This document shows, in pieces, positions 30,654 through 38,744 of a DNA stretch of 64,000 nucleotides. The first letter of the stretch is position 1. Every line of letters starts with the position of its first letter. This DNA is from Chthoniobacterales bacterium. GTDB lineage: Bacteria > Verrucomicrobiota > Verrucomicrobiia > Chthoniobacterales > UBA10450. The notes below the pieces were generated by a model. The model made no database searches and had not been told where the DNA came from. It worked only from the letters and a program-made list of their open reading frames with translations. A program made the translations under genes and the position numbers. The stretch lies in assembly GCA_035538875.1 (NCBI GenBank), contig DATLJP010000052.1, positions 65 through 64,064 of the forward strand. Direction: 5' to 3'.

Positions 30654-31328
30654 ATGACGGCGCGCGAGCGGGTTAAACGATTGATCAAGATGTGGCCGAA
30701 GGCTTATCCGGACGCGCACACCGAACTGAATTTTAAAACGCCGCTCGAGTTGCTGGTCGCGACGATTCTCTCCGCACAATGCACCGACACGCGCGTGAAT
30801 ATGGTCACGCCGCAATTGTTCAAGAAATATCGGAGCGCAAGAGATTACGCGGACGCGCCGCAAGCCGAATTGGAGAATGCTATCAAGTCGACCGGATTTT
30901 TCCGGAGCAAGACAAGAAGCATTCAGGGTGCAACATCGATAATCGTCAAGAAATTCGGCGGCAAAATTCCCGATTCGATGGCAGGCCTTCGCGAGCTGCC
31001 GGGCGTCGGCCGGAAGACGGCCAATGTGGTGCTCGGGAACGCTTTCGGAAAAAGCGAAGGAATCGTGGTCGACACGCACGTCATTCGTCTGTCGCAACGA
31101 CTTGGGCTGACAAAACACAAAGATCCCGAAAAAATTGAGCAGGACCTGATGAAGCTGGTGGCGAAGGAACATTGGACGAACTGGAGTCATTGGTTGATCT
31201 GGCACGGCCGCCGGCGTTGTTACGCGCGCAAACCGGATTGCGCGAACTGCGAAGTATTTCGTCTTTGTCCGAGCGGCAAGATCTTTTTGCGTACCGGCGT
31301 CGCTGAACCACTGCAGACCCGGGATTGA
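30654..31328 (+). CDS. nth: endonuclease III
   Basis: HhH-GPD motif LPGVGRKTANVVL and the C-terminal 4Fe-4S cluster CYARKPDCANCEVFRLC. Confidence 0.9.
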   Translation: MTARERVKRLIKMWPKAYPDAHTELNFKTPLELLVATILSAQCTDTRVNMVTPQLFKKYRSARDYADAPQAELENAIKSTGFFRSKTRSIQGATSIIVKKFGGKIPDSMAGLRELPGVGRKTANVVLGNAFGKSEGIVVDTHVIRLSQRLGLTKHKDPEKIEQDLMKLVAKEHWTNWSHWLIWHGRRRCYARKPDCANCEVFRLCPSGKIFLRTGVAEPLQTRD

Positions 31329-31367
31329 TTTTCCCTCCATTTCGGGGAAAATAGAGCCCCGCCGTCC

Positions 31368-33311
31368 ATGCAGCACGTCTCCGCATTTTCGCGTCCGCAA
31401 ACTGTTCCGCCGGTTCCGGCCGTCCTCGCCAAGCGTAATCTCTGGATCCTGAATAGCTGGCGCGATCTGATTCTTTACGTCGGAACGCCAGTCCTGCTGA
31501 TTCCGCTTTTTGCCGTCGCGCAGACGCGCTGGAGTACGCAGGAGATTTACCTTTTCGTCGCCGCGTTTGGCGCGCTCGGCCATCACCTGCCGGGAATGAT
31601 TCGCGCCTACGGGGACCGCGCGTTGTTCGAGCGATTCAAATGGCGGTTCATCATTGCGCCAATCTTTCTGCTCGTCGTCTGCGTCGGTTTTTATTTTTGG
31701 GACATCAAGACCAATCCGGTCGTGATGATTGTGTTTTTGTGGGGCGTCTGGCACGGAATGATGCAGACCTACGGCTTCGGCCGAATTTATGATGCGAAGA
31801 TAGGTTCGTTCGCGGCCGTGACGCGCAGACTAGATTTCGCCACCTGCGCAATTTGGTTCGCCGCCGGCGTGATCCTGTCACCGGCGCGAATGACCGACAC
31901 ACTGGAAGGATTGTACGGTTGCGGTCTTCCGTTTATTTCGCCGGCCGGAATCGATGCGTTGCAACAAACTTTCCTGGTCGCCGCGATCGCAGTCGCGATC
32001 CTTTGGGTCGGGAACTACGTCTGGATGTGGACCGCTGGCACCCGCCAGAACCCGGTCAAGCTGGCGCTGTTTGTCAGCAGCATCGCCTTTTGGTGGTATT
32101 GCAACAACGGCGTCGCCAACATTCTGGCGGGCATCGCGCTCTTTGAAGTTTTTCACGATGTTCAATACCTTTCGATCGTTTGGATCTACAATCGCAACCG
32201 CGTTGAGAAAGACAGGTCAATTGCCGGCTTCATGCGCTTCATTTTCCGTCGCAGCGGATCGCTGATGGGGCTTTACGTTGGACTGGTACTGGCCTACGGC
32301 TCGATCGGTTATCTCAATTCCTACATCGGAATGGACACGGTCACGCGCGTCCTGACAGGAATCGTCGCAGCATCGGGGCTGCTGCATTTTTATTACGACG
32401 GTTTCATTTGGAAAGTACGCGAGAAATCGACGCGGCAATCACTTGGACTCGAAGGAGGCACGGCTGATGTAAGGTTGGGCGGTTTTTTGCCGGGTTGGGC
32501 AATTCATGGGGCAAGGTGGGCGGTCGCGTTTGTGATTCCGCTCGGAGCGATGTCGTTCGGCAAAGTTTATCACGCCGCTCCAGCGACGGAACGCAATGGC
32601 TACGTTGCGGCCGATCTGCCTGACAGTGCACGGGCGCATTTTAATTACGGTTCGGCCCTTCAACAGCAGGGGCGGCTCGACGAGGCGGAAAACGAATACA
32701 ACGCTGCGCTGCGATTCGATGCCAATTACGTGAAGGTTTACATGAATCTGGGCCAGCTCTTCGTCTCGAAGGCGAAACTGGACGAAGCTAAGAAAAATTA
32801 CGAAAAGGCGATTCAGTTGGAGCCTCGCACCGGCGAAATCCATTCGGGTTATGCTTATCTTCTAGAACGCCTGGGCCGGGCGGACGAAGCGCGCAAGGAA
32901 TACCAGAACGCGATTCGTCTCAGTCCGAAATCGGCGCGGCTGCTTTACACCTATGGAGCGTTTCTCGACAAACGCGGCGAACTCGATGCCGCGATCGTGC
33001 AGTATCAGCGCGCTCTCGAGGTCGATCCGAATTTCGCGGATGCTCATTCCGAGCTCGCGACCGTGCTATTGACCAAAGGCGATTCGCAAAGGGCGGAATT
33101 TCATTATCTGGAAGCGGCGCGACTCGATCCGAAACGCGCCGATGTTCACAGCAATCTGGGCAGTTTGCTTCTGCGCGAGGGCAAAACATCGCAGGCGATC
33201 ATCCAGTACGAAGAAGCGTTGCGAATTGATCCGACGTTGACCGAGGCAACGGAGAATCTTCGTGTCGCGAAACAGAGCGACATTCGATTTCAACCGCGCG
33301 GGCGGCAATAG
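31368..33311 (+). CDS. polytopic membrane protein (~400 aa, about 10 TM, four His motifs) fused to ~6 C-terminal TPR repeats; function unknown
   Basis: TM-embedded motifs GHHLPGMIRAYGD, WHGMMQTYGFGRIYD, FEVFHDVQYLSIVW and HFYYDGFIWK. The C-terminal TPR units are clear (AHFNYGSALQQQGRLDEAENEYNAALRFDANY and following). Confidence 0.6.
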   Translation: MQHVSAFSRPQTVPPVPAVLAKRNLWILNSWRDLILYVGTPVLLIPLFAVAQTRWSTQEIYLFVAAFGALGHHLPGMIRAYGDRALFERFKWRFIIAPIFLLVVCVGFYFWDIKTNPVVMIVFLWGVWHGMMQTYGFGRIYDAKIGSFAAVTRRLDFATCAIWFAAGVILSPARMTDTLEGLYGCGLPFISPAGIDALQQTFLVAAIAVAILWVGNYVWMWTAGTRQNPVKLALFVSSIAFWWYCNNGVANILAGIALFEVFHDVQYLSIVWIYNRNRVEKDRSIAGFMRFIFRRSGSLMGLYVGLVLAYGSIGYLNSYIGMDTVTRVLTGIVAASGLLHFYYDGFIWKVREKSTRQSLGLEGGTADVRLGGFLPGWAIHGARWAVAFVIPLGAMSFGKVYHAAPATERNGYVAADLPDSARAHFNYGSALQQQGRLDEAENEYNAALRFDANYVKVYMNLGQLFVSKAKLDEAKKNYEKAIQLEPRTGEIHSGYAYLLERLGRADEARKEYQNAIRLSPKSARLLYTYGAFLDKRGELDAAIVQYQRALEVDPNFADAHSELATVLLTKGDSQRAEFHYLEAARLDPKRADVHSNLGSLLLREGKTSQAIIQYEEALRIDPTLTEATENLRVAKQSDIRFQPRGRQ

Positions 33312-33481
33312 CTTTTCTGAACCGCGCACTTCATCTCAATCTCGACGACGCCTGGCGAGATGGGTCGTTCGAATTACTGGAGCTTGATGCGCGCGATTGG
33401 GGACCGCCACTGCGTTTCTGCGCGCCGCCCCGAATCGTCGAAAAATTCTACTGCGAATTCGGTCCGCGACTCGCGCCGTTT

Positions 33482-34156
33482 ATGCTCTACGGTTCCGGCG
33501 ATTATCATCACTTAAGCGCGCTTTGGCTTCGCCAATTCACCGCACCGCTCGTTCTCGTTTCGTTTGATAATCATCCGGACTGGGACGTTCGTCCGCCAAC
33601 CTGGGCCTGCGGAGGTTGGATTAATCGCGCGCTCGAGCTTACGCACGTCCAGCACGTCGCGATCTGGGGTTGCGGAAATTTCGAATGTTGGTGGCCGCAC
33701 AATATTTTCGCGAATCGCAGCGCGCAGCGCGACGGCCGACTGGAAGTTCATCCGTGGGCCGACGATCGCCCGGTCAAAGACCGACAACGTCCGGGCGCGA
33801 TCCTGCGAGAAAACTGGCACAACAAATTCGAAAGATTTGTTTCTAATCTCTGCCACGCGAACGTTTACGTGACGATCGATCTCGATTGTCTACGCGCAGA
33901 CGATGCGTTGACAAATTGGGAGAACGGCCGATTCGCCGTCGCCGATCTCCAATGGGCGCTCGAGAAACTGCGCTCGCACAGCCAAATCATCGGTGGCGAC
34001 GTTTGCGGCGCCTATTCAGAACCGAAGTACGCACGCTGGAAGCAGCAATTCGTATCGAATTGGGATCATCCGAAGCTCGAACTCCCGAATCCTCATGAAA
34101 GTCGGAAGATAAACCTGGCCGCTCTTGAAGGATTGTGGCCGGCGTTAGCTAATTGA
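33482..34156 (+). CDS. arginase/ureohydrolase-fold-like metallohydrolase (N-terminus probably extends to ~33317)
   Basis: Motif pattern GSGDYHH / SFDNHPD / TIDLDCLRADDA / GGDVCGAYSEP resembles the arginase-family metal ligands. The in-frame upstream sequence is protein-like but has no ATG, GTG or TTG. Confidence 0.5.
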   Translation: MLYGSGDYHHLSALWLRQFTAPLVLVSFDNHPDWDVRPPTWACGGWINRALELTHVQHVAIWGCGNFECWWPHNIFANRSAQRDGRLEVHPWADDRPVKDRQRPGAILRENWHNKFERFVSNLCHANVYVTIDLDCLRADDALTNWENGRFAVADLQWALEKLRSHSQIIGGDVCGAYSEPKYARWKQQFVSNWDHPKLELPNPHESRKINLAALEGLWPALAN

Positions 34157-34489
34157 AACGAGCACGACGCCGGCAGTGATTAGCAGCGTGCCGATCACCA
34201 GTCGGAACGTTAATTTCTCCCTCAAAACGATCGCTGCCATTAAGCTAATGATAATGACGCTCAAGCCCTGAAATGGGTAAAGGTAACTCAGATCGAAGCG
34301 TTGCAGTAAACCAAGGTTTAGGAAGAACGAGATCGCCATCACAAATATTCCGGCGCTCAGGGGAACAATCATCCTTCGGTCTCGAAATCCTACTGTCCTC
34401 GACAACTCCATCGCTCGTTTAAAGAAAAGCTCACCGGCCACGAACGTGCTGAGCCAGGTCAAAATGAGAACGAACGCCCACCACGTCAC
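34145..34489 (-). CDS. half-size 4-TM EamA/SMR-like membrane protein (ArnE/ArnF-like), subunit 2
   Basis: The GTG start at 34487..34489 is preceded by GGAGGA 7 nt upstream. It overlaps the stop of the upstream paralogue (GTGA). 114 aa with 4 TM. The 206-aa version in the ORF track is rejected. Confidence 0.65.
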   Translation of the reverse strand: MTWWAFVLILTWLSTFVAGELFFKRAMELSRTVGFRDRRMIVPLSAGIFVMAISFFLNLGLLQRFDLSYLYPFQGLSVIIISLMAAIVLREKLTFRLVIGTLLITAGVVLVSIS

Positions 34490-34890
34490 AAACGTTCCTC
34501 CAGGCGGGCTGCCGGTTTGGCGACGATAGCCAGTCCAATAATGACCAGGGCGATACCGCACCATCGCAGCAGAGAAATGCCTTCTCGAAGAATAAGCCAG
34601 CAGCTTATCGGGACGAGCACATCGACTAGACGCGACAATGGAAAGGCGATAGAGAGCGGGATGTATCTCAGGATGTAGAGCCAGATTACCAGGTCGAAAA
34701 GAATGAAGACGATTGCCAGCCAAACCAACGGTGAGGTTAGACCGGTTATTCCAGTCCAGGACCAACTCTTAGAGAAATCTGCCGTCGACTTGGCGCCTAC
34801 CTTTAGCAGCAATTCGTAAACAACGACGCCAATGATGTTCACTCCAAGCAAAAACCACGGATTGCCAAAACCAGAAGGGCGTTTACACAT
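34486..34890 (-). CDS. half-size 4-TM EamA/SMR-like membrane protein (ArnE/ArnF-like), subunit 1
   Basis: 134 aa with 4 predicted TM helices. It lies 10 nt downstream of the FemAB-like gene. Confidence 0.65.
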   Translation of the reverse strand: MCKRPSGFGNPWFLLGVNIIGVVVYELLLKVGAKSTADFSKSWSWTGITGLTSPLVWLAIVFILFDLVIWLYILRYIPLSIAFPLSRLVDVLVPISCWLILREGISLLRWCGIALVIIGLAIVAKPAARLEERL

Positions 34891-34900
34891 GATGTCGATC

Positions 34901-36130
34901 CTAACAATGGTAGTCCGGCCTCGGACCTGATAGCTGCTCAGCGTTCGGAAATTTTTTCAGAATCGGATCGTGCCGCGTCGGTTCCAAATATTTCAATGCA
35001 AATTGGAAGATCGGATTGAGCGATGAGCGCGTGTGCAGCACGTAAAGATCGAGTGGCGCGAGCTCGTGGCCGAGATGTAATTTGGGGTCATAATTGAGCG
35101 GGCCGCTCACGTAGTAGCGCAACCTCTGATCAATCGCCCAGCGAATCACATCGCGCATCGTGTAAAAATAGAGATGCAGATCAAGCGCGATGCCGTAATC
35201 GAGTCCGATACACTCGTCGTAAATCGTGTCGCCGTAAATCAGACAAAGGCTGAACGCAACGATGCGATCTCCGATTCGCCAAACAAAAAAGCGCGCCCGG
35301 TCCGGCATCTCTTTCGCGATGCCGGCAAAGAATTCGCGACTTAGTTTTTCAAACTTCATTGGCGAACGTTCGTGAACTTGGAGGTAGAGCGGATAAATCG
35401 CATCAACGTAAGGCGCTATATTGTCCACGACCTCCATGTCGATCTTGGCCGCGGACTCGGTTTTTCGGAACTTCCGCCGCAAACTTTTGCGGCTGATATA
35501 ACCGAGTTTGCCCAAATATTCGTCGAAATTCTGAAACGACAGCGCGAGCCGCGTCATCGGCATGCTCGGTACGCGCGCGTAGCTATACTCGGACAGAATG
35601 GCCAGAGGTTCGCGGTATTTGGCGAGGAAGTCTTTAAGAACAACGAGCGAAGCTCTGTTTGCGCGCGCATAGTGGCGCAGCGTCTGTCCCAACGCTTCGG
35701 CGATCCATCGTTCAGTTTCGGAATTTGCGGCATCGAGTTCACCGGCTCCTGCGGCGCAACCGATCATCAGGACGCGCATTGTGAGAAAGCGCGGAAATTC
35801 TTTCCGGACACGATCGACAATCGCGCGGAAAGGTCCGCGCACTCCCTCAATCAGACTTTGTCGAACAAAAAGAATTGGCTGGATCGCGCGCGCCTGTCCG
35901 GAAGTGTCTTCGAGAACGACGTAGCGATATTCGAAATTATTCGCGAGCGTTTGTTCAATCAGCTCGTAATAGCGGTGATCTTTACACTTATCCTGAAACG
36001 CGCACTTCCACGCGTCCAGATTTCGGACCTCGGCTAACCTCAGGATTTTGGCCGTCCCTTGAGCAAAAGGAACGACGGCGTCATGGTGCATTTCGATCGA
36101 CGTTCTGCACTTGAAGCACGCCCCAGACAT
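34901..36130 (-). CDS. FemAB-like / BioF2-like GNAT-fold acyl(aminoacyl)transferase
   Basis: 409 aa. The C-terminal half (FFVWRIGDRIVAFSLCLIYGDTIYDECIGLDY...LYFYTMRDVIRWAIDQRLRYY) has the layout of the FemAB-related Acetyltransf_6-type domain. This is recognised from memory only. Confidence 0.55.
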   Translation of the reverse strand: MSGACFKCRTSIEMHHDAVVPFAQGTAKILRLAEVRNLDAWKCAFQDKCKDHRYYELIEQTLANNFEYRYVVLEDTSGQARAIQPILFVRQSLIEGVRGPFRAIVDRVRKEFPRFLTMRVLMIGCAAGAGELDAANSETERWIAEALGQTLRHYARANRASLVVLKDFLAKYREPLAILSEYSYARVPSMPMTRLALSFQNFDEYLGKLGYISRKSLRRKFRKTESAAKIDMEVVDNIAPYVDAIYPLYLQVHERSPMKFEKLSREFFAGIAKEMPDRARFFVWRIGDRIVAFSLCLIYGDTIYDECIGLDYGIALDLHLYFYTMRDVIRWAIDQRLRYYVSGPLNYDPKLHLGHELAPLDLYVLHTRSSLNPIFQFALKYLEPTRHDPILKKFPNAEQLSGPRPDYHC

Positions 36131-36213
36131 GCAGCAATGGTTTTTCCAGGATGCTGAAATCCATTGTCGTTAGTGTTGGCGCGTTCCTCATCGGCGCAAC
36201 CGCGAAAACAACT

Positions 36214-36272
36214 CAGCCCCAGTTTTTCAACAAGCGGACTGCCGCTCGTTGTGAATCAAAAAACTGGGGCTG
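36214..36272 (-). terminator. long imperfect hairpin downstream of acpP
   Basis: The perfect 14-nt arms CAGCCCCAGTTTTT (36214..36227) and AAAAACTGGGGCTG (36259..36272) enclose an inner CAACAAGCGG/CCGCTCGTTG stem. On the minus strand a U-rich AGUUGUUUU follows. Confidence 0.5.
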
Positions 36273-36319
36273 CGTCTGCGTACTTGCTGCTGCTGCGAAT
36301 TCTTGGCTGCGGAAGACTG

Positions 36320-36592
36320 CTAACTGGCAGCGGCTTCATCGCCGCCGGCCGACTTGGCGCGCTCTTTAATGTAATTGATCACGTCGCCCACGGTTTGTAA
36401 TTTCTCAGCGTCCTCGTCCGGCACCTCCACTGAAAATTCCTCTTCGAACGCCATCACCAGTTCCACGATATCGAGTGAATCGGCGCCCAAATCCTCGATG
36501 AACGACGCTTGGGGCGTGACTTGCTCCGGATTGACCCCGAGCTGTTCCACGATGATGTCCTTGACCTTTTCCTCAATCGTTTTGTCAGCCAT
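36320..36592 (-). CDS. acpP: acyl carrier protein
   Basis: 90 aa from ATG 36592, with the [20 protein letters not shown] phosphopantetheine-Ser motif. Confidence 0.9.
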   Translation of the reverse strand: MADKTIEEKVKDIIVEQLGVNPEQVTPQASFIEDLGADSLDIVELVMAFEEEFSVEVPDEDAEKLQTVGDVINYIKERAKSAGGDEAAAS

Positions 36593-36771
36593 AAATAAAA
36601 ATTTTTGGGTTGGAGCGCAACGCTTACCCCACGCCTTGCCGGACCGCAAGCAAAAGATTGTCGGTCATGTCGACCGAAGTGGAAACCTATCAAAGTGTTT
36701 CTGAGATCGATTGAACTCGTTCGTCTCCAGCGAAAGATTTACTTCGCGGTCTGTTGGCGTAGAAGAGAGGA

Positions 36772-38346
36772 GTGCCTGACGCACCTGTTGAACTCGACGA
36801 ATTGGTCGATCTGAAAATGCTGCCGGCGTGGGTCAACGAACCGCCGCCGGGTCAGCGTTACGCAGGGCATGATGGCGAAGGTGAGCGCGAGCGCCGTGGA
36901 CGTGATCGTCGGCCGCGTGACAAATGGCGATCCAATCGAAAAGGAGCGCGCCGCGAGTTCGACCGTCCGACTTCGAAAGAAAAACGGCCGGATCAACCGC
37001 GACCGTATGATCGAAGACCTGCGCGCGGTCATGATGGATATCGCAAAGATCGACGTCATAAGCCGGTGGAGAAACCGTTGCCACCGATCGCGGTTAAGTT
37101 TCTGCCGCGCGCAGCCGCGTTCGAAAATGTGGTCGCGCAAATCAAATCCAGCTCAGTTGCCTATTCGCTCTTCGCCCTCGCGCGCTTGTTTTTGGAAAAG
37201 GCGCCCCGTCACGATGTGAAATTGAGCGCCCCGCCGGAAGTTTCACTCTTTCAACTCGGTGAGAACGGCGCCGTTTCGGTCGATCGGCATTTTCTTGAGC
37301 GGAGCGCGTTTCGTTTCGCGCAGGGCGACTTTTACCAGGTCGACATCACTGAGACTGAGCCGATTAAGGGAAATTTCACCAACGTCGCGCGTGACCGATT
37401 GAGCGGGGCGCTGCTCGGCCCAACCAATCATCACGATTATCAACGGCGTTTAAGAAATCTTTACGAGCAGCGTTTCAGCCGGCGAATGAGTTTCGCCGAT
37501 TACCAGCGCCAGATTCAAATCGTCACCGATCCCAGCGAGATCGAGAAGTGGAAGGAAGATGCGCGCAAGGTGACGACTTATTCGACTCTGCGCGAAGAAC
37601 CGCCGGAAACATTTGCCTCCGCGATTGAAGCCGAGCGGCATTTTGAGAAAAGTCATTTGCCGGGGCTCGTGCGCTCGATTTCGGAATTGGTCATCGATGG
37701 TCCGGCGAGCCGGCGGATGCACGATCGCGCCCTCAATCGATTAATCGAAAACGAATGGAATCGCGAAACGAAATCTCCGTCGCCGATGATGCAGGAACTC
37801 GCGGCGCGTTTTCGCGAAGGCGGCCTCCACGTTTTTCGGCATAGGCGAGGAATGCTGTTCGTCTCGTCGATTTATCCGCGCGCATTCGCCAACGAACAGA
37901 CCGCTGTCTCATCACAGGTCCGAACAATTGTCGAGGCAATTGCGGCCCAACCACGAATTGGCCGCAAAGAACTGGCCGACAAATTAATTGTCGATCTTAC
38001 CGGCGAGGAAGCAGAGCGCGCGAAGCTGGCACTTGCTTCGAATCTACTCTGGCTTATTTCGGCCGGTCACGTGATCGAGTTCAACGACGGCTCGCTCGAT
38101 CTGCCACGGGAAAAAGCGAAACCAAAAGCGGCCGAACAAAAGGAGGCCGCGGCGGCATCCATGTCGGCCGCGGAACAAGAGGAACGTGTGGAGGCAGGCG
38201 CGCCGCTGGCGTCAGAAAATTGTAGGGCGCCTGTGTCAGACGCCGACGCAGATGGCGTTTCACAGAAAGGCCCTACAACAGAAGAGTTCGTCGGCTCGAC
38301 AGAGTCTCGCCCCACCGAGGAACCAACACAAATCGGCGGCAGCTAG
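36772..38346 (+). CDS. hypothetical protein with Arg/Lys-rich disordered N-terminus (~110 aa) and a ~400-aa globular region
   Basis: 524-aa ORF with a GTG start; ATG 36817 is the alternative. No catalytic motif recognised. Confidence 0.5.
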   Translation: MPDAPVELDELVDLKMLPAWVNEPPPGQRYAGHDGEGERERRGRDRRPRDKWRSNRKGARREFDRPTSKEKRPDQPRPYDRRPARGHDGYRKDRRHKPVEKPLPPIAVKFLPRAAAFENVVAQIKSSSVAYSLFALARLFLEKAPRHDVKLSAPPEVSLFQLGENGAVSVDRHFLERSAFRFAQGDFYQVDITETEPIKGNFTNVARDRLSGALLGPTNHHDYQRRLRNLYEQRFSRRMSFADYQRQIQIVTDPSEIEKWKEDARKVTTYSTLREEPPETFASAIEAERHFEKSHLPGLVRSISELVIDGPASRRMHDRALNRLIENEWNRETKSPSPMMQELAARFREGGLHVFRHRRGMLFVSSIYPRAFANEQTAVSSQVRTIVEAIAAQPRIGRKELADKLIVDLTGEEAERAKLALASNLLWLISAGHVIEFNDGSLDLPREKAKPKAAEQKEAAAASMSAAEQEERVEAGAPLASENCRAPVSDADADGVSQKGPTTEEFVGSTESRPTEEPTQIGGS

Positions 38347-38606
38347 ATCGCGCCGGCTTTTTTCAACGCTTTGTAAGCACCGTTCTTGTTGATCGTCTTC
38401 AGGCCGCGCGCGGTCACGCGCACGCGGACAAATTTCTTCATCTCTGGCACCCAGATCCGGTGCTCGTGCAGGTTCGGCGCGAACAATCGCGGCACATTCT
38501 TGGTCACGTGCCGGCCGACGCCGCCCTTTTTCTTGGCCATACCACGGCGGTGAATCTCGCTACCGCGCGTAGGCCTTGATCCAGTAATAGCGCAAATTCT
38601 CGACAT
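38343..38606 (-). CDS. rpmB: 50S ribosomal protein L28
   Basis: MSRICAITGSRPTRGSEI...HRIWVPE. The start is set at the internal ATG 38606. Confidence 0.9.
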   Translation of the reverse strand: MSRICAITGSRPTRGSEIHRRGMAKKKGGVGRHVTKNVPRLFAPNLHEHRIWVPEMKKFVRVRVTARGLKTINKNGAYKALKKAGAI

Positions 38607-38744
38607 GGTGCTTAAAACGGGGGCGCACAAGATGCCGCGCGAAACCGGATTGTCAAACGATTTAACCACGAATAGACACAAATGATGTGACAACGTGCTC
38701 GTTAATCCTTATTCGTGTGTATTCGTAGTGGTTGAACTGAACAA

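Noticed and set aside
30615-31754. 379-aa minus-strand ORF
   Set aside because: It lies antisense to nth and to the start of the membrane/TPR gene. It is Arg-rich and low-complexity with no motifs, so it is a shadow ORF.
34145-34765. 206-aa version of the second EamA-like ORF
   Set aside because: Its N-terminal 92 codons overlap the upstream paralogue in another frame and look non-protein-like. A GTG with a GGAGGA RBS at 34487..34489 gives a clean 4-TM, 114-aa protein.
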